64,000 nt of DNA from Octopus sinensis (GCF_006345805.1 NC_043008.1:32116001-32180000); one strand, 5' to 3'. Shown: positions 12,477 through 26,790, counted from the first letter of the stretch. The notes: a model not told the origin generated them from the sequence alone. Numbers and translations: made by a program.

Positions 12477-12862
12477 GGATCTATTCACTTTGACCGACAG
12501 ATTTTAAAAAATAATTTTTTGTAACTAACACTTTTAAACTTCGTATACTGGTAGAGTGTGTCACATAAAACATCTTTTTCTCTTGGCGTTCTTGAGAAAA
12601 TTCTGTAGTTTGTAAGCTATTTGTTGTTAAATTTCTCGTATTTCGGCAATTTCAACCAGTCAATGACGTCTATTGAGGTGAATACAATTACTGCTGTTGT
12701 TTGTAAACATGAAGTTCCCGCGGTGTATATTTCGTTTGTCACTGTTTACAGAATTTTCTCAAGAACGCCAAGAGAAAAAGTTGTTTTATGTGACACATTT
12801 TACCAGTATATGAAGTTTAAAAGTGTTGTTACAAAAATCTGCCAGTCAAAGTGAAAAGTTCC
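12477..12862. mobile_element. MITE with long TIRs (GGATCT.TTCACTTTGAC family)
   Basis: 12477-12610 is inverted at 12745-12862. Confidence 0.8.
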
Positions 12863-13859
12863 GAGAATATTTATAGTACATTCACGATTAGGATCATTAT
12901 CACCAAAAATTATGGATTGCTACATAGGAATTACCAAGAAGACATATATGAATTTCAAGATTCTCATACTAAAGTATATACAAATTTCACATTTCTAAAC
13001 TAACTATATGAACTATATTTGGAATACAAGATAATATGATGGATTTTACGTATGAATATTATGAATTATTGCAGAAGAATAACCAAGGAAGTATATATGG
13101 ATTTAAAGACTCTCAGCAAAATTTATTTATCTTTCAAACAAACACCATTTTATAGTTTTGCTTCAAATTAAAAAAAAAAACTACCATTCGATATGTTATA
13201 CAGAATTCAAATTTTATATCTCTGAAGAGCAGAAGCGTTGTCTATAAATGCTTATCATTATAGGATTTCATTATAAGGACAACTCTTCTGTGAAACGATC
13301 GTAAGATGCTTTCAATACTTAATTCAAAACTTTTAAACTGTCATATACATTATATATTTATACTTATACATATTTACATATATTTTTATACATATTTATA
13401 TTTATTTATTTATATATTTTTAATACAACAATTATGACCTACAAGCACATTGTATTATTTGCTCCTTTCTTATGGGCAGAATCAGCACAGCTGATATATA
13501 GTTAATGGAATAATGAAAGTTATTTTTTGCTTAATAGTGAATGGTGAGGGTGCAATTTGCATATGTTTGCATGAAAGTGCTTTCTGTTCATAAGAAGGAT
13601 CAAAAACAATGTATTGTTTCATCGTATCATCGTATAAAAGTGGGTTAACATGATTTTGTCCAGAAATCATGCTTTCAAAATTTAGATTTCCCTCTATCTC
13701 CACCGCAATTTCTTAATTTGTAACTTTTTCAATTTTTAAATTTTTTTTATATAGTTTAATTTTTCTTAAAGAAACACTCCATGCCCCTTCCCCCACCTTG
13801 CCTACCCATCACCTGCCAGCTTTCAAAAAGCTAAAATCTTTTGTCTGATGTTTCTCGCT

Positions 13860-14697
13860 ACTGAAATAGTAGACTTAAAAAATACCAGACCACCACCAGA
13901 AAACACGACATGTTAGAAACAACAGGTAAACGACATTATTTCTGAAGAAACTTCCCTGCTTTCCAAAAAGTTAAAAGTAAAACATTGGGAGTGTGTAGCT
14001 TTTTGAAAGCAGTGAGGTGATGGGTAAAATTTTTCAAGATTCATACTCTGCTTTTTCTCTATGGATTACCAAGAAGAAGAATTTGAAAACAGTAAAAAAT
14101 TAATCTGGTGTGGAGAGGGAGAAAATTAAAATATTGAGATTGAGATTGTGTTTTGTGGGCGAAAGCCTAATATCCTGTATAGCAAACATAGGAATCGGAA
14201 CAAATTTAGAAATTTTAAGAAGCAGTGTTGTCAACTGGACATATATGGGATCATATGATTGTTAATTTCCATTAATTTGTTTTAAATTCTGTATGCTTTT
14301 AAGAGAACAGAAATTGAAAGAGAGGATAAAGTGAAAAGGCGACATTTGCTTTGAAGTGAGCGGAGAAAGTATAAGATGTACATGTATATGAAATGGGCGT
14401 GTGTGTGGGAGAGAGAGAATGAGTAAGTGAATGAGCGAGTGAGTGAGTGAGTGAAGGTGTGTGTTGTGATGTGTGAAATTTTTTGCATGTATGTGCGAGT
14501 GGCACACTCTCTCTCTTACATTATCTTTCATATACACGTACATAAATAGGCGGAGGTAAAGAATGCGTACACCACCTGTTTTTGGCATAACCCTAACCGA
14601 AATAGTAGACTTAAAAAATACCAGACCACCACCAGGAAACATGACATGTTAGAAACAACAGGTAAACGACATTATTTCTGAAGAAACTTCCCTGCTA
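13860..14697 (+). repeat. About 100-bp direct repeat (13860-13960; 14598-14697) bracketing a segment similar to Helitron-internal sequence at 1850-2030
   Basis: gaaatagtagacttaaaaaataccagaccaccacca..cttccctgct occurs twice; 14320-14470 resembles 1860-2000. Confidence 0.75.
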
Positions 14698-15019
14698 AAC
14701 TGGTGTATGTTTTTTATAGCATAACCATGCTACAGAAAGTATGTTTTGCACCTATATTGACTACATTTCGTTTCGCTTGAACTCCATGCGTGTATGTTTT
14801 ATTATTTTCAATATTATCAATTCAATGATTGTGTGTGTTTGTGTGTTTCAGTGTTCGTTACGTCTATAGTAAACTATAGTAAAGAACAGTTTACGCTGTT
14901 TTAATGAGCCCACATCTAATGAAGTAGCCATCCTTATTGTTGGTGATCCAATTGAAAATTATGAAACCGGGTGTGCATATTCTTGACCTTCGCTTATAAA
15001 TACATACGCATACATCTTT

Positions 15020-15103
<84 letters not shown>

Positions 15104-16949
15104 AAGTGAGGCTGTATTTCCTCATAACATAGAAAAATGGATATCCTTTAATGCTTTTTTTTTGGGGTTGTGGCTTATTTTAATACAATATTTATGTGTA
15201 CATTTCCATAAATGTTTGAGTAGAATTCTACGCATGTGTGAAACATTGGACGAAAGTGATACATTAGAAGCAAATCAAAATATTGTCCGAAAATGACCTC
15301 AAAATTGTGCGACCCAACCTTGTTGCTGAAGTTTGTAAAAAATGAGTTGTTGAGCCAAAAACATAGTTTGTTTGGTAGATAGATAATAAGCAGCTTTCTT
15401 TATTATAATACACATGTGACTAATTCGGAGAAACATTATTTTCATTATTCACACATCGTCACTCTCGCAATTCAACACTTTGTAATTTTGGTTGAAACTG
15501 AAAGTGGGAAACTATTTTCATTTTGTAATGAAACCTAGTCGTTGTAGAGAAGTGTATTTGAAATAACTATAGCTGTTTATTGATATAACGTAGAAAATAT
15601 GTAAAGTCACCAGTTTAGCAAAAGTTACTATGCGTCACCAATGTAACAAAGTACAGAAAGTCAACATTTATTTGGAACATGGACTAAATGTTATTAAAAT
15701 TCACGATTGAACGAATGTCACAGTGAAGAAAGTGAAAGTCAAATAAAATTCAGAAGGTATAATTCAATTTTTCATACAAAAATAATTTATTTTGCAATTT
15801 TGAAACAAACGTTGAACCAAGTGTATAAAAAGGAAGATGTTTTTGAACTGTGTACCATTATAGGCTGTAGAATAAATACTGACTAACGCAGTAAAAGGGT
15901 TGTGTGACGTTGATACTTACAGTGATGAAGAATACAAGGACTGTTAAAAAAAAACATTATTTTAAAACTGGTTAGACGGAGTGGAATAACATTTTTGTAA
16001 TTATATTGTAAGAGCCGCTGAGGCTTTCTACTTCGCCAAGTTTCCGAATTTGTTATATTAACCATAATAATTTTTTTTCAGATATGTTTGCGAGTATTAT
16101 GAGTGGTGTAAAATCGGCCAAATCTTCATGTTGGTAGTACTTGAAAGTGAACGTTGTTGTTTGTTTGAAGTCCAGACCGCAAGTAACTTTCAGTATTGTC
16201 GCGTTTCACTGTTGGGATGGGGAGTTACATACATAAACTAAGAGAGACACACACACATGTACATTAACGCACGCCTGAAGCCTATCTCTGTCCCATCGTG
16301 TCTGTCATTGTCTTTAGATGTGTGTGTGTGTGTGTCAGTCATGACAAAAATGTATGTATACTGACAGACACATACACCGTCACACACATATACTTGTCAG
16401 TCATTGGCCTAACATAGGTAATGAACACATATACAAAATGTGACGTCATCGACGTTGTGGTGGTGGTAAAAGATGTCGTTTACGATAGGTGACTTAAAGA
16501 AAAATGATAATGTTAAATTTTTGACACAACGTTATCCACAGAGCATATACAAATGTTCACACTTATGCATCCATGAAAGGCTTTCTATCTTGTTCATCTC
16601 AGCCACATGTGTATAACCAAAATAATTCAGCACTGAATATATTCTAGTTTAATATTTATCAATTAAATATAAGAATAAGATTTTAATAGCCAGCGCGTAA
16701 AACTAATTAAGGTGAAAATTTAATACTAAGTTTATAATTTTTTTTAAATACGTTATTACATTAAGGGCTTTTACTATAAGTAATGCCACACGCTGGAAAG
16801 GGACTTTAAAACATGTTACAGCGCTGACCATGAAATCTTTCCGATATGCAACTGAACCTTTTTAAAAGAATTTTGTCTTTGTGCATTTCCTCGACTTAAG
16901 CGCGTGTGTATATTTTGATAATATACAATATAATATACAAGTTTGACTC

Positions 16950-17140
16950 CTGACAGTGAAAGCAGATATAGAGCTCATTTCCAGCCCTCATATCTTTGAC
17001 GTTCGTCGCTGGAACCGGGAATGGCTTCAACACGCAGCAGAATCAGTTGCCGACAGTCGTGCATGGGTCACCTTGATCCGTGACATGGTGAACTCAATAG
17101 GAGCCGGCTTAACCTATCCCGGGTGGATGCCGTTACAAAA
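16950..17140 (+). mobile_element. LINE ORF 3' end (RTE-like)
   Basis: DIELISSPHIFDVRRWNREWLQH.AE.VADSRAWVTLIRD resembles the RTE C-terminal W...A.DR..W motif. Confidence 0.55.
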
Positions 17141-17522
17141 TAAGATATATAGACGTGCATACACACGCACACATACACGCGCGCGCACACACACACACAC
17201 ATACAGACTAGGAAGGGTTTAGGCCACTGATGATCTAACCTAGTAGGTACAGTCTGTGAGTGCTGTAATTGGTAAACCGCTAGGATCCAAGTTCACAACG
17301 GGGGCTGGAGCTGGAGATCCGTAGACTACTTCCGAGTCAGCGGGTATAAACTAAAGGAAGCTGAAAACAAAACCAAGGTAGGACAAGCTTATCGCATTCA
17401 TTACCTAGAATACCCCAGAAACAGCTGTAAGACATTATTATTTACTTTTACTTTTGCTTCGATTCACAGTTATAACTTACCTATTTTAAATGATCTGTTG
17501 AGCTTTTTTTGTTTTCCTCTTC

Positions 17523-17573
<51 letters not shown>

Positions 17574-17894
17574 CTGTTTATAATTATACCATATGTTACA
17601 CACACACACACACACGTGTGTGTGTATAGTGTTAAAAGTGGTGTACAGATATCGGATGTTGAGAAAAGAAGAGGTCGCCAGAATTTTGAAAAAAAATTTT
17701 TTAGTCATTATTATTACCGCTTTCGTTCGTTTTTCGAACTTGTCAAATAAAATTTTTGGGGCATTCTTTCGTTTTGACTCGAAAAGTGACAACAAATAAC
17801 CCGGTAATTTCCGTGAGCACATGTCTTGTCAACTGTCAGTTGACGTATCAAAGTGTAAAGAGAAAACTAATGGATTGTATGTGCGTGCTTGTTC

Positions 17895-17937
<43 letters not shown>

Positions 17938-18369
17938 AGGAAGAAATGTAAATTAACACTTACTACTGATGAAAGGCAGTGCGAAAGAAAGAAATATAAA
18001 TGACATTAATTTTAAAGCTAAATTAAAGATCTGCGGGACTATACAACGCACACCAAATGCACTATTTTCTACGCATCTATTGGAGAGTCGGCGACGATAC
18101 AACAGAAATAATGCTTTTATGAATTTCGTAAAATGCATTAGACAGTATTATACTGTTTAATTTACAACTTCAAAAATGTTTTTATGAATTTCGTAATATA
18201 TGCAAGGCTTATTTTCTTCGAATTCAAAATGCAGCATTAGCTTCCTCGTTCCATTTCGATACATCAACTGACGGTTGACAAGTCAATACGTGCTCACGGA
18301 AATTACCGAGTAATTTGTTGTCACTTTTTTTGGACTAGTTCGAAAAACGAACGAAAGCGCTAATAATAA

Positions 18370-18873
18370 TCTATATATATAAAACTGTAGTTGTGTGAGT
18401 GTCTGTCCCCTTCGATTTAGATTCCTAACTACTCCCACATTTTGCGGTGCAGTTTAACCAAATTCGGGTATCTTATAGTCGTGATTCATATCGAGCCCGT
18501 CTGAGTATTAGCGCTCGTCTATGATGAGTCTACGATTTTAAAAATAATTTAACATCATTTTTTATTCCATTTTAATGCATAATTTTTTGTGTGTCGATGG
18601 CGGCGGAGTTGGCGTCCATGGTCACACCTGCACCTGTTTGCTTCTCCCCTCCCTCGTGAAGCTGTGGGGAAGGGAGTGTAAGGAAATCAACGTCATAAAG
18701 CGTTGTCAAGGAGACCAGCGTTCTTTTAGAACAACGACTTCATGGCTTGAAGACACCAAAACAGAAATGGCTAAGAAAGCCCGAATTGGCATCTATAAGG
18801 GAAGTAACTCTCTAAAAGTGCTTATATAGTTATTTCCCTTACAAACCCGAGCAACGCTGGGCGATACTGCTAG
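18370..18873 (+). mobile_element. Complete non-autonomous Helitron (504 bp)
   Basis: A|TCTATATATATAAAACTG ... CCCGAGCAACGCTGGG hairpin ... CTAG|T; inserted between A and T with no TSD. Confidence 0.9.
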
Positions 18874-18887
18874 TGAATAAATTTAAA

Positions 18888-19325
18888 AAATGCTTTTCGG
18901 TTTGAACGGCAGTTTTTTCTAGCGGTGTCATATGAAATTGTCACCCATAATTATGACCCCAGTATTGATCTTTTGCATTTCAATGTTTTAGGCTTAGGGC
19001 TAGAGTTATGGTTAGTTAGGGGTGGGGGTGGGGTGGGGGAAGAGTATCATTTTTCTTCAGAAATGTAAATAAACCCACTCTGTTTCTTAAAGGAGGGACA
19101 TATTCATATGGCACAATGTTTTCACCTCAATAGACGTCATTGATTGGTTGAAATTGCAGAAATTGAAGAAAAAACAACAAATATCTTACAAACTATAGAA
19201 TTTTCTCAATAAAGCCAAGAGAAAAAGATGTTTTATAAACACATTCTACCTGTATACGAAGTTTAAAAGTGTTTAGTTACGTGGAAATAAAAACAAAAAA
19301 CTGCTGGTCAAACCGAAAAGATCCA
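18888..19325. mobile_element. MITE (GGATCTTTTC-end family)
   Basis: TIRs cttttcggtttgaacggcagtttttt / aaaaaactgctggtcaaaccgaaaagatcc; interior matches 7270-7644. Confidence 0.8.
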
Positions 19326-19364
19326 TTCTTTTTCCAAAAATTCTGGCGACCTCCTCTTTTCTCA

Positions 19365-19940
<576 letters not shown>

Positions 19941-19943
<3 letters not shown>

Positions 19944-20266
19944 CTTTTCACTTTCACAACCTAACCCTAAAACCCTAACCCTAATCTTAGAACCCTAAAG
20001 CTAAAACCAATACAAACGCATAATGTTATAAATAACAGTGACAAGCGAAATGGACACCGCCGATAGTTGTTGACGAACAACAGCAATAATTTTATTCAGC
20101 TGAATACCGAAATATGACAACTTTAACACGAAATAACTTCATAAATACAAACAATGCTAAGAGTAAAATATGTTTTATATGACACATTCTACCAGTGTCT
20201 AAAGCTTGAAAGTGTTTAGTTACAAAAAAATAATTTCTCGACTTGCTGGTGAAAGTGAAAATATCC
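19941..20266. mobile_element. MITE (GATCTTTTCACTTTCAC TIR) with CCCTAA-like repeats
   Basis: gatcttttcactttcac ... gtgaaagtgaaaatatcc; aaccctaaaaccctaaccctaa inside. Confidence 0.75.
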
Positions 20267-21434
20267 TATATGCATATATATAGGGTCTTTATAGCTATAT
20301 TTTTACGTAATCGTATAGCTTGTTATGCTCCAATTAATTTCTAAAGTATTCACTTCAGCAGTTAGCACCTGAATGCATTCTGTTCGTTTTTTACAAGTGG
20401 TTGCACGTTCTTGACTTTCCTCTATTCATTTCAAAGGACGCTCGAAAATTCTCCTGTGAAAACATTGCCTCTCAGCAACATGTATTTACACCTTCATCGC
20501 AGCAGTAATCTACTGCTCTGCTCTCTGTTTCTACTCATGTGTGTGCGAACGTCATATCTTATGAACTATCCAATTTATCCTTGTACTTCAAACGAACCAA
20601 CAAAATGGGTAAGACACTCCGAAAACTGTAACAAGTTTTACTTCTGCTTTTTCGGTCAACCGATACCAATGCCAGAGTGTCCATCACATCATGTATGGTC
20701 TATGGCTAGTTCAACCTGTGTCCACGTCAATTCATCTTTTGACGACTGTCAGCAAATGCCAATCAAGAAGAGTAAGTAAATTTTTATCATTATCAGCATT
20801 GGTTTCACTGGTGTCCCAGGTCAGACCTATTCGAGCGGACTTCTGATCAAAAACATTTGGTCATTATCACTCCTTTTTCTAGTCATTTGAATTACATTAG
20901 CTAATTGTGTATTTTTTGTTTCAAGATGATGTGTGTGGTCAAGGAGAATTCTACTGTGTTGAGTAACAGTTTTGTCGCCTTGGCTAGTCGTGGTGGTTAA
21001 AAACGTGGCTTCGAAACTCTTTAGGGTAGACATTATGCTTCAATAGCTGATAAAGACCTTTAATCTTAAAAAAAAAAAAAAAAAAAATCAGAATGTTTTT
21101 TAAAACCATTGAATTTTTATCTTAACTTCCTAAATAACCTGTTTTCTTTACGTCTATGCACTTTCATGTTCTCAAAACGCATTTCCTATTGGTCATGCTT
21201 AATAAAGAAGAATAAAATGATTATGGGAGTGGTAGAGATACTAAATGCTAGCGAAGGCCAGTGAGCTCTGAAGTTGCTAGCATTTTAATCAAAATCAAAC
21301 CAAATTTTTATCGTAAATTATATTTATCAATTTCACACACACACACACGATATTTATCAATTTCACACACACACACACGATATTTAAATATTAAACTCTT
21401 TTATTCATGTAACCTTTGTATATATATATATATA

Positions 21435-21685
21435 TATATTGTATAGAGGGCATTATTACACATAAATGCCTCACACTAGGAGGGACAAAGTCATTACTAC
21501 CAAAATTATACTAATCAAACCCAGATGCAGTTTTTCAAAGCAAGACATTTAAAAATGAATTCATTTTTTAAATGTCTTGCTTTGAAAAACTGCATTTGGG
21601 TATGATTAGTATAATTTTGGTAGTAATGACTTTGTCCCTCCTAGTGTGAGGCATTTATGTGTAATAATGCCCTCTATACAATATA
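21435..21685. repeat. Near-perfect spacer-less palindrome (about 125-bp arms)
   Basis: Centre GAATTC at 21557-21562; arms mirror base by base. Confidence 0.95.
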
Positions 21686-21825
21686 GATATAATTAATTTG
21701 TTCAAAAGAAAAAAATTATTTTCGAATTCTTTTCTTTTATGAGGTTTTCACGCTAGCTACCCGATAATTTCTTGTTAAGATCCCTTATTAAGAGATTATC
21801 CTTAATTGTTAAACTATATATATAT

Positions 21826-21877
<52 letters not shown>

Positions 21878-22743
21878 CTAGCTTAAGATGACCCGCTCTA
21901 CGCGCGGGTAAGAGTGTGGTTCTTACTTTCTGTTTTTTATCACCACATTCTCCCTCTGTTTCTCTCTCCTTTCTCTCTCACTTTCCCACTCTCTTACTCT
22001 TCCTTTCTCTCGGACTCTCCCTCGCTTTCTCTTACTCTCTATCTCTCTCCCATTTATAAACAACAAAAGATCTTAAGTAAGTTGAGAAAGTAAAATATTT
22101 TGAAAGATCAATGATAAATATCAGGCAGTGACAACGGAAAGATCTGCTTCAAGGCAGACAGCAAAACACTAACATTTAAAAGGGACAGACGAACTTGCGA
22201 GCTGAATAAAAATAAAAAAAAATATTGGAAACCAAAGTTTGAAGGGATAGAATGTGAGGATAGTAGAGTCACCATGGCTGGCATTTCTTAACGACGGATA
22301 GCAACGTAGTGGCAGTTTAACGGCTGGCGTAAAATTTTGAACTTGTAAAAGAAAATTCCTAAACACCAAATTTTGAAGTGATTCTTTCTCATGACAGTAA
22401 ACTCACCATGGCAAGCATTCAAAACTTCTTCATCATGGACGACAACACATTAACGATTTAAAGGCTAGCGCAAATTTTTTAGCTTGATGTAACAGAGAAT
22501 TCCTAAACACCCGCTCCTGTAAATTTTAATCCCCTTCCAGCCCCATTTAGACCCCTTTTCACATTTTGGTTAATATAACCCGATTTCATTCGGGTCTACT
22601 GGGGCCACATTTTATAAGATGAGGAATTTTGTCCTAGAGGTCACGCCTTTCATTTGAGGAAAAAAATAGTTGTCATGCAAGCTTGCCAGCACTTTTAACA
22701 TAGGTGTGCATATTTTCAGCACAACCGACCACATAATGCACAC

Positions 22744-22750
<7 letters not shown>
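21878..22750 (-). mobile_element. Non-autonomous Helitron (3' end clear, 5' end lost in (TA)n)
   Basis: Minus strand CCCGCGCGTAGAGCGGG hairpin then CTAG|T at 21878-21881. Confidence 0.7.
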
Positions 22751-22790
<40 letters not shown>

Positions 22791-22792
22791 GC

Positions 22793-22829
<37 letters not shown>

Positions 22830-22869
22830 GCATTATATATATATATATATATAATATATATATATGCAT

Positions 22870-22902
<33 letters not shown>

Positions 22903-23259
22903 ACGCATTATATATATACAAATGTATACAAATTATATATATATATAAATTAAATTAGAGATAAAACCACTATTAGGCAAATTAAACAGTGAAAAACATA
23001 ACCCAAAACATAAAAATAAAAATATAATGTACAAAATATATAAAATATAAAATTAAAAAAATTAAATTATTTAAATTTAAAATTAAAATTATTAATTTAT
23101 ATTTATAATTTAAAAAAAATATATATAACTATCAAAAAGTATTAAAAAGTTTAATATACATAAATACAGATATATACACTTTGTATATATACATTATATA
23201 TACATATTTATATATAGAACACACACACATATATAAATGAACCGAATAAGTATCTGATT

Positions 23260-23656
23260 CATAATATTTGTTGTCATGATTGTGTGGTGGTGGTGGCGAT
23301 GATAATTCTGTCTATGAATGCAGACAGATGTAGAGAGAGAGAGATAGTGTGAAAGCGCTGTTAGACGCCGTTATCGACGTTATATATAGAAAGTGATGGG
23401 AAGGGAGGAAAGATAGTGAGTGACGGAGGAAGACAGATACATAAAAGAATGTGAGTCGACTTGTCAAAGTGCGTTTTTGGCCCTAGCAACGACACCTTTT
23501 AAGATAGAGATTTCTAACCTAGCCCACTAACATCCTCACCTCATTTTACATGTCCCTGTAAATTTTGGAGTCAATCTGACCGGATGTAGTGGCCTTTAAA
23601 CCGTTCCAGACAAACAAACAAACAAACTTTTCGCATTTCAGTTTTATAAATAGAGA
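23260..23656 (-). mobile_element. Helitron 5' portion
   Basis: Minus strand A|TCTCTATTTATAAAACTGAAATGCG..(TTTG)n..; left boundary approximate. Confidence 0.6.
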
Positions 23657-23668
23657 TATATATATATA

Positions 23669-24670
23669 CTAGCAGCATTGCCCGGGTATGTAAGAAACTT
23701 TGTCGATAAGCAATGCCCTTTACCTTTTTACCCTTTTTTGTACTCATTGAACCATTATTTTGTAAAATGAAGCCTAAAAGGCAGAAGAAAATCTATGACA
23801 GTCAAAGCGCATTTTCTGGTTTTGTTTAGCACACCCAACCCAGTTCTGTGGGATCAGTGTCGCGATGGGAACGCTTGGGTTGGGAGTTTGACAGGCAGAG
23901 GTGATAAGGTTGCACATGCCGGCCCTTTTGACCCCCCACCCCGAACCCAAGTTGGGTTCGGACCACAGCTAAGCCCTACCTAATCCTAACTTAACACATC
24001 TACAGCCCAACATTGCTCGGATTTGAAGCAAAAGGAAAACATATGCCATTTCTAGTAACCTTTATGATAAAAGCGGCAAAAATCGACTAAATCGCCTGAA
24101 ATCCGCCAACTATTTAACAAAAGTCAGTTTTGTAGGGTTCGCATGGTCGGTCTCAAAGTGATATGGTTTTGTCGATTTCTCCCAATACTTGTTAACTGCT
24201 TTGACTAAAGGTTGTTAGTTTGACATTTAATGCAAACTTGATGTCCAACATCGTTGTAGGGAAAATCTATGTGAACTTTCAAAAATATCGCAGAAAAATC
24301 GGCATGATTTTATCGATTTTTTCTGATGGTAAGGTATTGCATGGAAAACTAACGTCAGAATTAAGTTCCTTAGGGTAACATTAAGCTTCACCATGAGTTT
24401 GGTGAAAATCGATTGCAAGTTGCGAAAACTACAACGGAAAATGTATTGCATATGATAAGCTTAGATTCTCGACCCCATGTCAAATTTATCGATTTTTTTC
24501 AGAACTGGGGGAACTTTTCAAAATTTTCGCTGGCTGTGTTAGTTTTGAATTATGACATTGGGCTATGTGTGTGTCAAGTTTCATCAGAATCGGTTGAAAG
24601 CTGTGGTCAGGGTGTGGGTACAACCTGACAGACACACAGACAGACAAACTGCCTTTTATATATATAGAGA
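23669..24670 (-). mobile_element. Complete non-autonomous Helitron (about 1 kb)
   Basis: 5' A|TCTCTATATATATAAAAGGCAGTTTGTCTGTCTG..AACCGATTCTGATGAAACTTG; 3' CCCGGGCAATGCTGCTAG|T. Confidence 0.8.
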
Positions 24671-24680
24671 TATAGATAGA

Positions 24681-24983
24681 TACTTTATTAATAAAGCTGC
24701 AAAGACATCACAAAAACTGTTACTCAGAGTTTCACATGTCTGTTCGTCCGACAATTTTGGTTTAGTATGGTAGAGTGTTCCTGAAAAGTATCTAAGAAAT
24801 GTTAGATATCTTGGTCAGCTTCCAAATGCACCAGCTTGCAAATGCACACATATAAAAACGTGAAACTCTGAGTAACAGTTTTTGTGATGTCTTTGCTGCT
24901 TTATTAATAAAGCAGATTACTCTACCTCTGGTATTCGAGTACTATTTTTTCCACCTTGTTTTGCATTTATCTACTTACTCTGG
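24681..24983. mobile_element. Inverted-repeat element homologous to 10843-11046 (possible Penelope pLTR derivative)
   Basis: 24685-24735 is inverted at 24858-24915; the 3' block ttactctacc.ctggtatt..agtact.ttttttccaccttgttt is the reverse complement of 10850-10910. Confidence 0.6.
24712..24758 (-). ncRNA. Minimal type I hammerhead ribozyme-like motif (second copy)
   Basis: AAAATTGT-CGGACGA-ACA(GACA)TGT-GAAA-CTCTGAG-TA^ACAGTTTTT; stems preserved by compensatory or wobble changes relative to the 10942 copy; position 4 is G. Confidence 0.55.
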
Positions 24984-25229
24984 TATATATCGATATAGAT
25001 ATAGATATGATGGTTGCTCCTGACGATCTCTACGTATGAGTGTTTGAAGGAGAGGATTTTAGAAAAATAAAAAAGAGAAAGAGAGAGAAAACAGCTTTTA
25101 GAAATTAAAGAACAAAGGAAGCTGCATCTACTTGTGATGGATGCATGAATGTAATTTTAGTCCAGGTATGGATTTTGCAATGGGGACATTGATTTTGATT
25201 TTGCCTGGGATTGGGAATATGTGTCTATT

Positions 25230-25540
25230 GGTTGCAAGATATAGTTCTTTCATTTTTATTTTCCTTCAACTCAAATTATTTTCATGCTTCATGACACATT
25301 TTATGCCATGCAGATTCATTTAGGCAGTGACTTTCCCAAGATGCCATGTCAAGCTGTACAGATTTTTTAGCCTTATACCTAAGGACAGGTCTTCCTTTGC
25401 CATGATATCCCTCCACTTGTTGGCCAAACAAAAGAATTTATGGAATGTGGTCATCTTTTATTCAAACACATGTCCTACCCATCTTGCACTGAATTATCCA
25501 AAGCATGTTTTGGATGCTGGAGATATATTTTCCTAAGATT
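25230..25540 (-). mobile_element. RTE-clade LINE C-terminal fragment
   Basis: Minus strand ..DDHIP.ILLFGQ.VEG.HGKGRP.LRYK (RTE-type RIPK.LL.G...G.R..GRP.LRYKD). Confidence 0.6.
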
Positions 25541-26413
25541 TTGACATTTGATATTTTATCTTGCTATATTATGTTGTAGATATCCTTTGTTTTTTTCTGT
25601 TCTTTTTTTTTTTACTTTCTTTTATTTTAATTGGTATTTCCATACTTGCTCCTTTCTGATCTTGATCCTTATTTCATTTTCCAAATAAAGGATAACACAT
25701 TCACATACACACACATGCACACACACATATATGTATTAACATGTGTAGATGTGTTATGAATGAGAGAATAAGTTATGTTTGCGTTAACATAACTATGATT
25801 TTCTATGGTAAATTTGTGACCTTGTTTAGTTTTTGTTGTTTACAACTCTGTAATATTGCATCATGTCATAGTATGAAAGAAAATTCCAGAATTATGTTCT
25901 GTGATAAATGACATGTCTCATTTGGTCGGGTGATGTATGGTAGGGCGGGAGTTACCTAGTGGCCTGGAAGCTAGTTGTTTAAGAATAAATTTCTAGTAGT
26001 TATGAAGTCATATGACTGTTTATAAGATTCTAGGTTAAAGCACAAGTATATAAGAAAGGCCTAGTCATCATGTGCAGACAAGTTGTAAGCAGAAATCAGT
26101 CGGTGTGAAATCAAGTACAAAGAATGACATTCCATGAAACGTGTGTTTTGAAGACACCTAGCTGTGCAGGACTTCTTTTCTGGGCAAGTTGGTTTGCTGG
26201 GTTTGTCTGCTGTTTCCTTACTGCTAACTTTTACCGTTGAAGTCATGTTGGTACAGAAGGGAGGCGGCATTTTGTGACAGATGTATACATAAATATGCTT
26301 GTGTGTGTGTGTGTGTGTGTAGGACTGTGTGGTAACAACCTTGCTGCTCAACCACATATTCCAGGAATATGTCTCACTGCATGACATCTTGGGCAAGTGA
26401 TTTCTACAATAGT

Positions 26414-26790
26414 ATAGTGACAATCGAATTTTTCCTTTTTGATTTTATATTGCATATAGCTGCCTTCGTTATTTTGTAATTTTCACATTAGCATTTCTCT
26501 AAATCAGCCATAAATTTGTATAGTAAATATATATACTGACAATCTAGACTTAGCCAAACTATTTGGTGATGGAGTAGTCATCACTGATGAGCCTAAAAGT
26601 TTACAGTTGAAACTGGTCTAGTCTAGTGATCTAGCTTCGCTTATGGGGTGGTTATCTCCCCTGTCAGTATGTGAAAATGTGCTTCCTTGCAGCTCTAGCA
26701 ATATAGGTGCTGCATACCACCCTCAGTTAGTGACAATTGAATTTTTCTTTGTTGCTTTATATTGAATATAAATGCCTTCATTATTTTCAC
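26414..26790 (+). repeat. About 60-bp direct repeats bracketing a degenerate hammerhead-like core
   Basis: tagtgacaat.gaatttttc..tttatattg.atata..tgccttc.ttatttt at 26414 and 26728; CTGATGA..GAAACTGGTCTAGTC at 26584-26623. Confidence 0.55.

Noticed and set aside
16081-16240. Acceptor-like ttttttttcAG followed by a Cys-containing frame (YVCEYYEWC..)
   Set aside because: Cys spacing does not fit CBM14, and there is no convincing donor or signal peptide; the first exon of the gene remains unidentified.
20400-21035. Decayed coding-like segment, possibly LINE ORF1
   Set aside because: No diagnostic motif could be read.
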